Source: Lachnoclostridium sp. UBA1308 (GTDB taxonomy: Bacteria; Bacillota; Clostridia; Lachnospirales; Lachnospiraceae). From it: a DNA stretch of 64,000 bases. Below the pieces are notes generated by a model. That model worked only from the letters and a program-made list of their open reading frames with translations, was not told where the DNA came from and did no database searches. A program made the position numbers and the translations under genes. Below, piece by piece: positions 32,952-43,113 of the stretch. How positions within the stretch are numbered: position 1 is the stretch's first letter; the number at the start of each line of letters is the position of its first letter. The stretch spans positions 10,331 to 74,330 of the forward strand of contig DBTU01000028.1 of NCBI GenBank assembly GCA_002307215.1. The letters are read 5' to 3'.

Positions 32952-33486
32952 AAAATCGTTCCTTTTCAATAATATATTTAAGTTGCTTTTTAGCCCTATA
33001 TGCCAAATTATCAATTTGTTTCTTGTTTTTTTTCATAACAATACCCGCCATTTCATATGACATTTCCACATAATAGATTAAATATAAGATTTCTCTATAT
33101 TCGTGATTTAATTTTTGCATGGCATTATTTAAAGATTTTTGTTGCTCATTTTATATATATATATCTTCAATACTAGACTTTTCATCAATTATTTTTTCTT
33201 CATTATCTTCCAAATTTTCAAAACGAATCAACGAGGATCTTTTTAAATAATTCAATGCTTTATTTCTACCTGTTTTAAAAAGATATATTCTAAATTTAGA
33301 CTCATCTTTAAATGTTTTCTTTTTCAATACTATTTGTACAAAGGAATCTTCCATTAAATCTTCTGATACAGTCATATTATGTATAATGTTATTTATAAAA
33401 TATACTAATTTATTACCGTATTTTACCAAAAGATTTTCCAAACTATAATTTGTATCCTCAATTAAATTTCGCTTATATTCATTCAT
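32941..33486 (-). pseudogene. ECF RNA polymerase sigma factor with an in-frame TAA
   Basis: Region 2 (SEDLMEDSF...FRIYLFKTGRNKALN); TAA at 33151-33153; same frame resumes with region 4 (LNHEYREILYL...MSYEMAG...IDNLAYRAKKQLK). Confidence 0.85.
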
Positions 33487-33780
33487 TTTAATCCTCCTAT
33501 ATTATAAACAATTAAATATTGAAAAACCCTCACCTGATTTTTCAATATAACTATTAATTCTTATTTGCCTTATTTGCCAAACTAAACTCCAGCTATTACT
33601 TTGGCAAAGTGGAATTCTCCTTGGCAATTAACCTATAACTATTAAGTATTTTTCAATATATTTCAAAATAATGATTGACATAATTCCATATTTTGTATAC
33701 GATTCTGCGACATGTCATTTATAGTAATATTATAACATTTTTTTTCATTTATATAGTTATTATTTTGAAAGGAGTAAGTT

Positions 33781-34305
33781 ATGAAAAAAAGCAAAAAATA
33801 TTTGTCAATAATATTGTTATCATGTTTGTTTCTATGCACCACGCAATTTACAGTATACGCAACAGATTATGTATTATCAGGTGGTGGGTATTATACTAGT
33901 CGAGTTACTATAACTAATAATATGCTAACTTTTTCCTCTTACTTTTCCCCTGCACAAAGTGCTTGGAACAATGCTACATCAAGAGTAAATATAACTACAG
34001 GTCTTTGGAGTAACAATACGATAGATTCGTATGATATTAGCGATTCCTATTGGGGTCTGAATGGTATTAGTAGTACATCTTTTTATATAGTAATTAATAG
34101 CGTTAAGAACACATCATCTACCGCACAAAGTGTTATTGTGCATGAATTGGGTCATGTTTTTAATTTAGCAGATAATAATAATATTCTTTTAGCAACAGTT
34201 CCCATTATGAGTAATTATAGGGATCGTACAGTAGTAAAAACTCCAACTTCAATTGATATAGCTGGAGTAAATGCTTCATATAATATATCTGGTAATAAAT
34301 ATTAG
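33781..34305 (+). CDS. secreted zinc metallopeptidase (matrixin-like)
   Basis: Signal peptide; VHELGHVFNLAD; downstream IM Met-turn-like motif. Confidence 0.7.
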   Translation: MKKSKKYLSIILLSCLFLCTTQFTVYATDYVLSGGGYYTSRVTITNNMLTFSSYFSPAQSAWNNATSRVNITTGLWSNNTIDSYDISDSYWGLNGISSTSFYIVINSVKNTSSTAQSVIVHELGHVFNLADNNNILLATVPIMSNYRDRTVVKTPTSIDIAGVNASYNISGNKY

Positions 34306-34326
34306 ATCGAAAGGAGATAAAACACT

Positions 34327-34460
34327 ATGAAGAGTATTATTAAAAAGATAGTAACTACTACATGTTTTGGAGTAATGGTTGGATTGGCTGTATTTGGTAT
34401 AAAAAACAATAATGATTCACATCCACGAAATAAATCGGAAATCAACGTATTTACTGGTTT
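34327..34460 (+). pseudogene. N-terminal remnant of a secreted partner protein
   Basis: Strong RBS and signal-like N-terminus, then runs into the GH94 terminator region. Confidence 0.45.
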
Positions 34461-34604
34461 TCTGCTTTCTATGATTAAGCAATTATCAAACCTGTACTTA
34501 CACTACCAGAGCAAAAAGAGAACGCCACAACCCAACTTAAAAAGTTGCTTTGCGGTGTTCTCTTATAACACAACTGCGATGAACAGCATTCTTATATCAA
34601 TCTA

Positions 34605-36998
34605 TTACATAACTAACAACACTTCATTAACATCCTTTAGAATTGTCTCCGGAATATAGTTCTTTTCCTGCTTTTCACCATTGACATAGAACTCCTTGCA
34701 ACCGCTTTCTGCGCCGTTTTGGTTCTGCACCTTAATGTTCAGCTCTTTGCCGCGGAAATTCTTTTTAATGGTAAATTCCTTCCACTCACTCGGTATACTT
34801 GGTGCTACGGTAAGTCCGTCAAGATCAGGTCTCATACCGAGAATACCTTCCACGCAGCCAACCATAACTGTGGAAGCAGTACCGGTTAACCAGTGCGTAT
34901 GGGATCTTCCAAAGAATGGACTCTCATCCGCTTCCGTAAACTGACCATGTGCATAAGGCTCAAGCACACGGATCTCTGCGTTGTCATTCTGTGTTGCCGG
35001 ACTGGACTCTGTAAAATATTCAAAGGCACGATTACCATGACCCATTAAGGCTTCTGCAAGAATAATCCACCCCTGCGGTTGTGAGAAGATACCTCCGTTT
35101 TCCTTGGTAGAAGGATTGAAGAGGATTGCAAGTGCACCGTCAAAGGCATGATCTACAAAGGAAGGAGACATTAATTTTACACCGTAAGCAGTATTTAGTT
35201 CTCTGTGTACACTTTCCAGTGCTTTCTCAGCCTGATCTCTTGTAGCAAGACCACTGATGACAGCCCAGGACTGCGGATTCAGCCACATGTTTGCTTCCGG
35301 ATCCTTCTTTGAACCGATCACCTGTCCATCCTCCTTAAAGCCTCGGATGAAACGGTCATCTTCCCAACAGTTGTCATTGATGGTATCCTTTAATTCCTTC
35401 TGAACCTTATCTAAATATGCGATATACGCTATATCTTTTCTATCCGCAGCAATATCACGGATAACACTCATTGCATAATATAACTGCATCGCTACGAATG
35501 TTGATTCGCCCTTCTTCCCAAGTCTTAAGCAGTCATTCCAGTCTGCATGCAGACCTGCCGGCATCTTGTGATCGCTAAGATGCTCCATGGAGAAGTTGAT
35601 TGCTCTCTTTAGATGGTCATATACATCTCCCTGATCCTTATTCGCGTAAGGAATAATCTCATCTAAGAATTTCTTATCACCGGTCTCGGCCATGTATTTA
35701 TAAACAGTGGGGAACAGCCAGAGTGCATCGTCAGCACGATATGCCGGATGTCCGGTCGCCTGTGCATAGGATAGATCATCCGGTGTATCCTCATGTCCCG
35801 CATTATGGTTAAACTTAACTAACGGAAGTCCGCCTCCATTATCCACCTGAGCAGATAACATGAATTCAATCTTCTCTTTTGCCATCACAGGATCAAGATG
35901 GATGATGCCTTGGATATCCTGAACCGTATCACGGTAGCCATAGCCGTTACGAAGACCTGCATAAATGAAGGAGGCCGCTCTGGACCAGATAAAGGTCATA
36001 AAGCACTGGAAAGCATTCCAGGTATTTAGCATTGCATTAAAGCTCTCACTTGGTGTATTTACCTGGAGATTGGCTAACTTCCCATGCCAGTAGCTCTTAA
36101 GTTCCTTCAGTTCGAGGTCAACAACACTAAGATTTTCATAATACTTTAGAATTGCTTCGGATTCCTTATCACATTTTTGTCCGAGAATAAATACGAATTC
36201 CTTACTTTCTCCCGGCTGCAGGGTTATCTTGGTATGTAAGGCTCCGCAGCAGTTGGAGTTGTAATTCAATACATTATCACAGGAGCCTTTTTCCACAGCG
36301 ATCGGATTACCGAAGCTTCTGTAGTTTCCTATGAAATGGGACTTATCGCCATTATAGGAATCAATCTTTGCACCGGCAAGTCCGAAGAAACGCTCTTTAC
36401 CGTTGGAACCTTCCGCATTCTTATAATGATTTTCATTAATCATTTGCTGAATCTTATTGCCCTTAAAATAGGTCTTGGTTATGAATAACGTATATTGAAG
36501 GTTAACCTGATCATTTTCATAATTACCCTCATTTGTAAATTCAATAAAACCAAAGGCAGATAGATTACGGGGCTTATTATCGGTATTCTTAACACTTACC
36601 TTCCATACCTCGTGAGTCTTACCCAGCGGTACATAGTAGAGCACCTCGGATTCTATTCCTGCGTACTGTGCTTTGATTTTGGTATAAGCTGTCCCATGGT
36701 GGCATTGATTTTTGTAAATCTCTAACGGTTTCCCTACCGGCTGCCAGGATGCCGACCAGTAATCACTCGTGTCATCATCACGAAGATAAATATATCTGCC
36801 GGGCTTATCCTCCTGATTAAAAATATAACGTGAAATTCTTCCGCTTGCTCCGCTCTTAACAAAGCTGTAGCCACCGGCATTGTTGGATATGATTGCACCA
36901 TATTCCGGTGATCCCAGATAATTAGCCCATGGTGCCGGTGTATCCGGTCTGGTTATTACATATTCTTTGTTTCCCTCATCAAAAAAACCGTAGTTCAT
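34605..36998 (-). CDS. GH94 glycoside phosphorylase (cellodextrin/chitobiose phosphorylase-like)
   Basis: MNYGFFD...TPAPWANYLG, GYRDTVQD, ADWNDCL, KENGGIF, WLTGTAS. Confidence 0.92.
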   Translation of the reverse strand: MNYGFFDEGNKEYVITRPDTPAPWANYLGSPEYGAIISNNAGGYSFVKSGASGRISRYIFNQEDKPGRYIYLRDDDTSDYWSASWQPVGKPLEIYKNQCHHGTAYTKIKAQYAGIESEVLYYVPLGKTHEVWKVSVKNTDNKPRNLSAFGFIEFTNEGNYENDQVNLQYTLFITKTYFKGNKIQQMINENHYKNAEGSNGKERFFGLAGAKIDSYNGDKSHFIGNYRSFGNPIAVEKGSCDNVLNYNSNCCGALHTKITLQPGESKEFVFILGQKCDKESEAILKYYENLSVVDLELKELKSYWHGKLANLQVNTPSESFNAMLNTWNAFQCFMTFIWSRAASFIYAGLRNGYGYRDTVQDIQGIIHLDPVMAKEKIEFMLSAQVDNGGGLPLVKFNHNAGHEDTPDDLSYAQATGHPAYRADDALWLFPTVYKYMAETGDKKFLDEIIPYANKDQGDVYDHLKRAINFSMEHLSDHKMPAGLHADWNDCLRLGKKGESTFVAMQLYYAMSVIRDIAADRKDIAYIAYLDKVQKELKDTINDNCWEDDRFIRGFKEDGQVIGSKKDPEANMWLNPQSWAVISGLATRDQAEKALESVHRELNTAYGVKLMSPSFVDHAFDGALAILFNPSTKENGGIFSQPQGWIILAEALMGHGNRAFEYFTESSPATQNDNAEIRVLEPYAHGQFTEADESPFFGRSHTHWLTGTASTVMVGCVEGILGMRPDLDGLTVAPSIPSEWKEFTIKKNFRGKELNIKVQNQNGAESGCKEFYVNGEKQEKNYIPETILKDVNEVLLVM

Positions 36999-37239
36999 AT
37001 AACCCTCTCTCCTTTATTGTTATTAATTAAAGATACTTTCCCTGCAACTATTCAGTCACCTTTCTTTTATACAAAATATGAGCTGTAACACTCATCCTTT
37101 ATATCCTCACTCCACCAAACCACTCTATTTTATAATTACTTTTTCTCCCAGACAATGGTGTAGCTTATCCTCTTTTTGTGATATATTAGCTTCCATGAAT
37201 CCCAGTAAATATAAGAATTCAGTTATACTGAATTTCCTT

Positions 37240-38115
37240 TTATTTATTGTCTAATATTTCCTTCAGCTCTTCTATCGTAAATTCGTAATGACTGTTACAA
37301 AAATGGCAGTTAACCTCGATTGGCTTATCCTCTTCAATCATCTCCCTTATCTCTTCCCTACCAATTGCAATGATCGCTTTTTTCACCCTGTGTTTGGTGC
37401 AGTTACATTCAAACGCTACCGGAAGTGTATCGATAATTTCAATTCCAAATTCGCCCAATATATCCTCAAGTATCATTTCCGGCGTCATTTCCTGATCCAG
37501 CAAAGCTGTAATTCCCGAAACGGTGCTAACTTTCTGCTCCAACCTACTGATAATATTCTCCTCGGCAAACGGCATCAACTGAAGGATAAAGCCTCCGGCT
37601 CTTCTTACTGTATTATCCTTATTCATCAGAACACCCAGCGCTATGACTGACGGAACCTGTTCGCTTGTGGCATAATAATACGTAAGATCCTCCGCTATCT
37701 CACCGGAAATCAGATGTGTCTGCCCAACATACGGCTCCTTGAGTCCCATATCCATAATCACACTTAGAATGCCATCTCCTAAGGCTTTCGCAACATCTAG
37801 CTTCCCCTTCTCGTTGGCTGGAAGGATTACCTCGGGATTATAAGCATATCCCTTCACACTACCAAAGGAATCCGCTGTCACTGTTAATCCACCGATAGGA
37901 CCACTTCCCTTAATCTGGAGGGTAAGAATATCCTTCTCCCCCTTCATCATGCTGCCCATCATTGCTCCGGCTGTCAGTAGTCTTCCCAGTGCTGCCGTCG
38001 CGACCGGACTTGTCCCGTGTATACTTCTCGCATACTCCACCAGATTTCTTGTTGTTATTGCAAACGCGCGAATCTGATTCTCTGCCGCTGTCGCACGTAT
38101 CATATAATCTGACAT
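37240..38115 (-). CDS. hslO: Hsp33 redox-regulated chaperone
   Basis: ALGRLL, SEQVPS, CNC...CHFC zinc motif. Confidence 0.95.
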   Translation of the reverse strand: MSDYMIRATAAENQIRAFAITTRNLVEYARSIHGTSPVATAALGRLLTAGAMMGSMMKGEKDILTLQIKGSGPIGGLTVTADSFGSVKGYAYNPEVILPANEKGKLDVAKALGDGILSVIMDMGLKEPYVGQTHLISGEIAEDLTYYYATSEQVPSVIALGVLMNKDNTVRRAGGFILQLMPFAEENIISRLEQKVSTVSGITALLDQEMTPEMILEDILGEFGIEIIDTLPVAFECNCTKHRVKKAIIAIGREEIREMIEEDKPIEVNCHFCNSHYEFTIEELKEILDNK

Positions 38116-38891
38116 GCTTTCTCCATTTCCGTTTTTGATTTTATCTTTTCCCTGGCAATGATATAAATCCTTTCACTGTCCTTCTTCGGGTTTTTCTCAG
38201 TTAAGGCATCAAATACTGCAACCCACTCCATTCCCGCTTCTTCTATCAGCTGCCTGATCTTACCCTGGGTATATGCCTTACGGTAATGGGTCTCTTCGTA
38301 TTTACGAAACAACTTAGATTCATTCTCCTGAATAAATAAGGTCAGGTTGATTTCATTGATCATATCCTCTTCATAATAAGTATTCTCCCAGATAAAGCTA
38401 CCTTCCTCACGGTTTTCAGCGATGGTATTCTCTCCTAAGATTTCTTTATATGCAAATTCGGTATCCAAGTCAAAGATAAATAATCCCCCGGGATCCAGAT
38501 AATTATTCACAAGACGAAACACCTTAAGCAAATCCGCATCCGTTAGAATATAATTTATGCTGTCACAGACACTGATTACGGCACTGACCGTTCCGTAGAG
38601 CTCAAATTCTCTCATATCCTGGCACAGATACAGTATCTCCTCCGAATTATCATTACCGGCCTCTTTCGCTATCTGGAGCATCTCTTCAGAATTGTCAATT
38701 CCGATCATATCATAACCCCTGACCGCCAACTGCCTGGCCATCTTACCGGTTCCGCAACCCAGCTCGAGCAGCAGTCCCGGTTTAATTCCATATTTATTTA
38801 ATAACTGCTGTACATAATCTGCCCATTCGGCATATGGAACATTATCCATAAACAGATCATAGACAGCCGCAAATCCGGTATATGGCGGCAT
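38100..38891 (-). CDS. class I SAM-dependent methyltransferase
   Basis: LELGCGTG, GIDNSEEML, QDMR, PGGLFIFD. Confidence 0.92.
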   Translation of the reverse strand: MPPYTGFAAVYDLFMDNVPYAEWADYVQQLLNKYGIKPGLLLELGCGTGKMARQLAVRGYDMIGIDNSEEMLQIAKEAGNDNSEEILYLCQDMREFELYGTVSAVISVCDSINYILTDADLLKVFRLVNNYLDPGGLFIFDLDTEFAYKEILGENTIAENREEGSFIWENTYYEEDMINEINLTLFIQENESKLFRKYEETHYRKAYTQGKIRQLIEEAGMEWVAVFDALTEKNPKKDSERIYIIAREKIKSKTEMEKACQII

Positions 38892-39078
38892 TTACGGCTC
38901 CTTTCTGAATAAATGTCTGCTTAACAGAGTGCTTCTATTAGGCAGACATAATGAATACATCATGAATTGTGAAAATGCAGTCCTTTAACAATCTATACTA
39001 TGACAAATGTCACCGGTATTTATTCCTTGCATATCAAATGCTATTTTTTATTCCTACAACATTATTAGCCACCAAGCT

Positions 39079-40110
39079 TTATTCCAGGAATTCAAAGTAT
39101 AATTTCTTCATGACAAACTCTCTCGGCTCCATAATATCTTGATTATATGCCAGCCATAGCTTAGATACAGCCGCTTCCATCGAAATATTATGTAAGGGTA
39201 TCGCAGCATTATCAAGCAATTCCTGACTGGTTATATACATATCATCCGTCGTATTCTTAAAGGAGGCCAGATATAAATCGATCCCTTCCTCCTTGCAATA
39301 TTTCATGAAATACACCAGTGAAACACTTCCGTCTCTGACACATGCCGTGGAGGAATGATATAATTTATGCACAATCGCCCTTGGCTTATTATTAGAGTCG
39401 AAGCGGAAGAAGCTATAATCCAGACCGGGAAACGGTCTGATCGTAAGAATCTTGTTATTAAACTCAATATCTTTCAACGGAAGAGACTCGCGGTTTTCCT
39501 TGAGCTTTGCTATCGTAGGGTTTACCTTATTATCGTTTCTGATTAACATACCACCCTTAAGGTAACCTAAGTCCACACCTCCGTAGCTTGTAAACTGGTC
39601 GTTGAAGGGATCTGCTTCACTCATTCTTGAGCCGAGGTATATCCGTTCAATTCCTTTTTCATCTTCAAATATCGTAAAAACACCCGGAATACTTGAATGA
39701 CATATGAATTCGATGGAACTGATAAAATTTCTTAATCCATTTCCATTTGGTTGATCAAGCGCATAATTACTCGCTGTCAATATAATTGGTATCTTTGTAT
39801 CTGCAAATACATAGCTTATCATTGCAGAAGTATAGGGAAGTGTATCCGTCCCATGTGTTATGATTACCCCATCCATCGAATTCATATCTGTCATATGAAG
39901 CGCATTTATAATTTTTGACCAATCCTTTGGAATGCAGTTTTCACTTAAAATGTTAAGCGGTTGCATGGTTACAAATTCTACATTGTATTTTGATTTTTCT
40001 TTGAATTTCTCAATCAAAAGATATCCTGCCTGCTCATCTACATCGATTGTATTATTTGATACTTTACTTCCTATTGTTCCTCCAGTAAATACAACTAATA
40101 TCCTCTTCAT
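39079..40110 (-). CDS. asparaginase-fold amidohydrolase (divergent type I)
   Basis: VFTGGTI and ITHGTDTL motifs; ISMEAAVSKL C-terminal motif. Confidence 0.85.
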   Translation of the reverse strand: MKRILVVFTGGTIGSKVSNNTIDVDEQAGYLLIEKFKEKSKYNVEFVTMQPLNILSENCIPKDWSKIINALHMTDMNSMDGVIITHGTDTLPYTSAMISYVFADTKIPIILTASNYALDQPNGNGLRNFISSIEFICHSSIPGVFTIFEDEKGIERIYLGSRMSEADPFNDQFTSYGGVDLGYLKGGMLIRNDNKVNPTIAKLKENRESLPLKDIEFNNKILTIRPFPGLDYSFFRFDSNNKPRAIVHKLYHSSTACVRDGSVSLVYFMKYCKEEGIDLYLASFKNTTDDMYITSQELLDNAAIPLHNISMEAAVSKLWLAYNQDIMEPREFVMKKLYFEFLE

Positions 40111-40124
40111 ATTTATACCTCACA

Positions 40125-41210
40125 TTATTTCACTAAAATTTTGAAGCTGCAATCATTTCGAAACGGATTATCCTGCGGACAGATGTCTGTATCGCAAATT
40201 AGCTCAATCGGAATTCCATTTAATAATTCTTCTAAAACCCCTGTACTGTATCCGACAACAAAGTCACATAGGCGGATATTCTTCTTCTTTCTGTTGTAAC
40301 ATAGAAAATTTTCAGTTATGGTAATATGTCCGTTAACGACTCCCTCTTGCGTATCAATCTCCAGATTGTTGCTGAATTTTCCCCACCCGACTACAGAATC
40401 AAATTCACACCATTTTGATATCTTTGTGCCGTAGGAGATTTCTTCCATCTCCCATTTCTTGTTCATTGCTTCTCCGAAGCGCTTCCCACCTTGATATCCT
40501 ATGTCGAATAATATCTTCTTTGCCTCATCCACATTACTTAGTTCAACGGCGCTACTGTACATGGCCTCCAACATACTGTTTATCGTATCTACTTTAAATG
40601 AGATATTTCTTGTCCCATCCGCTTCGTTGATGATGATGCCTCTCTCTTCATTTAAACGAATCTTAGCATAATTTTCACCCTGCTTTTTCGTAGTGGGCAT
40701 ATCTTTACTGTTTGTTTCCTTCTTTTTAAAAGAATCAGCATTAATTTTTTTCATATCAATAAAATCATAATTAGCTAAAAAGTTTTTCAAATAAATAAAT
40801 ACTATCTCGGCTTCGCATTCGTTACAGACACAGGTAGCCGCATCATGTGTCAGTCGATTTCTTAATTCAACAATTGAATTAAAATTCAAGGTATCAATCA
40901 GTCCAATATCCCTACCGGTGAATTTCGCCCATCTTTTCAACAAATCACATTCACGAAATAACCCTACCAGCTGACCGAGGCCAAATTCTTGAACACCCTT
41001 TCTTGAATCGCCGATTATCCTTTCCTTATCCATTAGTACCATTCGTTCCCCATATGGCAGCTTTGCTACTGCTTCTGCAAATATCTTTCGAAATGCCACC
41101 TCGAATAATCCACAACTTTCCTTAACAACCGTATCATACTGCTCAAGGTCATAAGCCTTCTGAATAAAGCCAATCTTATCCTCTAATATTTCATCCATAA
41201 CGTAGCCCAT
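40125..41210 (-). CDS. HEPN-like domain + V4R domain fusion protein
   Basis: Helical N-domain with an early E and RNRLTH (Rx4H); C-domain GY.GG..FG, GWGKF, CDFVVGYSTGVLE...C...CSF typical of V4R. Confidence 0.7.
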   Translation of the reverse strand: MGYVMDEILEDKIGFIQKAYDLEQYDTVVKESCGLFEVAFRKIFAEAVAKLPYGERMVLMDKERIIGDSRKGVQEFGLGQLVGLFRECDLLKRWAKFTGRDIGLIDTLNFNSIVELRNRLTHDAATCVCNECEAEIVFIYLKNFLANYDFIDMKKINADSFKKKETNSKDMPTTKKQGENYAKIRLNEERGIIINEADGTRNISFKVDTINSMLEAMYSSAVELSNVDEAKKILFDIGYQGGKRFGEAMNKKWEMEEISYGTKISKWCEFDSVVGWGKFSNNLEIDTQEGVVNGHITITENFLCYNRKKKNIRLCDFVVGYSTGVLEELLNGIPIELICDTDICPQDNPFRNDCSFKILVK

Positions 41211-41296
41211 ACTTTCTTCTCCTTATGTAAATCCCCTGATTGTATATCGCACTGGTCAAATAATACGGATTCCAAAGCGAACTCTATTCGCTTTGT

Positions 41297-41335
41297 GGAG
41301 CGTTTTTATGTAATAGGACGCAATTTCCTATTACA
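41297..41335. repeat. dispersed palindromic repeat, copy 1
   Basis: GGAGCGTTTTTATGTAATAGGACGCAATTTCCTATTACA, near-identical to 57469-57508. Confidence 0.85.
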
Positions 41336-41383
41336 TATACATAGAAATTCAACTTATCCTAATTCTTTCTTAACAACAATCGA

Positions 41384-43018
41384 TTAGTCACTATCGCCTG
41401 CCCTCCATAGAAACCATATCATTATTCCGATCAAAAATATTACAAGCAGCACTCCTCCTGCATGGAGGATCTCTCCAACCGCCAATTTATTATTCAAAAC
41501 TACAGCCGAATCGATTTCGAGAACTGCGTCATATACCTGCACCACCGTGAACAGCGCTCCGGCAATCGTTATAAGTCTCAAATTCTTGTTCTTCTTTTCA
41601 TCTCTTATCTGTGAAATGATACCTACAATACGATCCATCTCAAAATGTAATTCTTCCATCATCTTCTTGACGCCTAAGGTCTCAACCACCATAGTATATA
41701 ACTTTTCCTGGTGTGAAATATGTGAGATTGCCTCGTATACACATTTTAAATAGAAAAAAGTTATATCATCCCTTAATTGAAGAATTGTATGATATTCCTT
41801 CTTATTATCCGAGCACTTTTTAGCTTCTATATCTAGGTAGGCTATTCTTCCGGTTAGATTCAATAAGCCATAATGTTGATGTAAAACCAACAGATATAGA
41901 TAAAGATAATTATCCAAACGCTCTGCATAATTACTTTTAAAAAACGCATCCGTTGTTTTATTTCCTGTTAAATAGCACAGATTCGCCATACCTTCTCTGG
42001 AAACGCCCCAATAACTATTAGAAAACGGCTTATAAATCTCATCATTATCAGCAAAATCAAACTCAGTCTCATCCGGTAGATAGGAATCCTTATATCCCTT
42101 CCTAAGACTGAAGAAGGCAGTCTCTGCTTCCCTGACATCCTCAATCTGATCTAGTAACACGGATGCAAATACATGCGCTTTATGTGGATATATCTTATCC
42201 TTTTCCTTATCATAAGTATTATTAAAATAAGTAGTTATCGGTACATTTTCTAAAATACAGTCCAAGAAATCCGTAAAATGACAATACGCCTTATATTTCA
42301 GACCGTATCTACCATTATGATAATCAATCAACTGAACCTTATCATCTTCTCCGCCTGCATAATCCTCTGAAAAAGATATTTTACTCCGTTCTATGTATTT
42401 AACACTCCTATTATATTCTACCGCAATACCGGAATCACCTTCAAACGGAACATCACAAATATCTGATGCGTCCAGCGTAAGTTCTTGATCTTTGAGATAT
42501 CGGTACTCAATTTTTCTGTTTTTTATCCCTTTGAGAATAAAGTTCATCCTCGTCATTTGATCCAAAGTAATTCCCTTGGGATAATCCGCATCAAGTATAA
42601 GAAAGCCAATATTGGTCTGAAATAATACCATTTGGATTTTATTGAAACAAAAGGTTCCGATAATTTTTTTATTCTCGCGGATTTCAATGCGAACCCTTTT
42701 ATCAAGGAATGGAATTCCACTGCTTAGCTGCTTAATCTCCAGACAATCTCCGATTGCACCCACCCGGCCACTCGTAAGACCGTCCGCTTCACAAGGCGCG
42801 GTTATCGTGCCAATCAGATTACTGATATGTTCATAAAATTCATGATCCGAACCTATTAAGGAACTGTATTGCCACTCAGCCCCGGTACTATTATTAATAA
42901 CATCTGTGACCGTCTTCTTATAGCATTTTGCATTGTCATATGCAAATGGAATAATGAACTTATTCAAAGGCAACTTTTTATTTGTATTCTCTTCATAAAT
43001 CTTTAATCTTTCGTCCAT
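41384..43018 (-). CDS. CorA-like protein with a large soluble N-domain and two C-terminal TM helices
   Basis: WGVSREG, YLYLYLLVLHQ, ISHISHQEKLY...LGV..MMEE coiled coil, two terminal hydrophobic helices; GGAG RBS before ATG 43018. Confidence 0.65.
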   Translation of the reverse strand: MDERLKIYEENTNKKLPLNKFIIPFAYDNAKCYKKTVTDVINNSTGAEWQYSSLIGSDHEFYEHISNLIGTITAPCEADGLTSGRVGAIGDCLEIKQLSSGIPFLDKRVRIEIRENKKIIGTFCFNKIQMVLFQTNIGFLILDADYPKGITLDQMTRMNFILKGIKNRKIEYRYLKDQELTLDASDICDVPFEGDSGIAVEYNRSVKYIERSKISFSEDYAGGEDDKVQLIDYHNGRYGLKYKAYCHFTDFLDCILENVPITTYFNNTYDKEKDKIYPHKAHVFASVLLDQIEDVREAETAFFSLRKGYKDSYLPDETEFDFADNDEIYKPFSNSYWGVSREGMANLCYLTGNKTTDAFFKSNYAERLDNYLYLYLLVLHQHYGLLNLTGRIAYLDIEAKKCSDNKKEYHTILQLRDDITFFYLKCVYEAISHISHQEKLYTMVVETLGVKKMMEELHFEMDRIVGIISQIRDEKKNKNLRLITIAGALFTVVQVYDAVLEIDSAVVLNNKLAVGEILHAGGVLLVIFLIGIMIWFLWRAGDSD

Positions 43019-43113
43019 TATATCGCATCTCCGATTAGCGGCGATTAGTAGATCCACTATTTTTCTGTTGAATTCCTATTACCATTAATTACCGGTCCTG
43101 TATTTACTGATAT

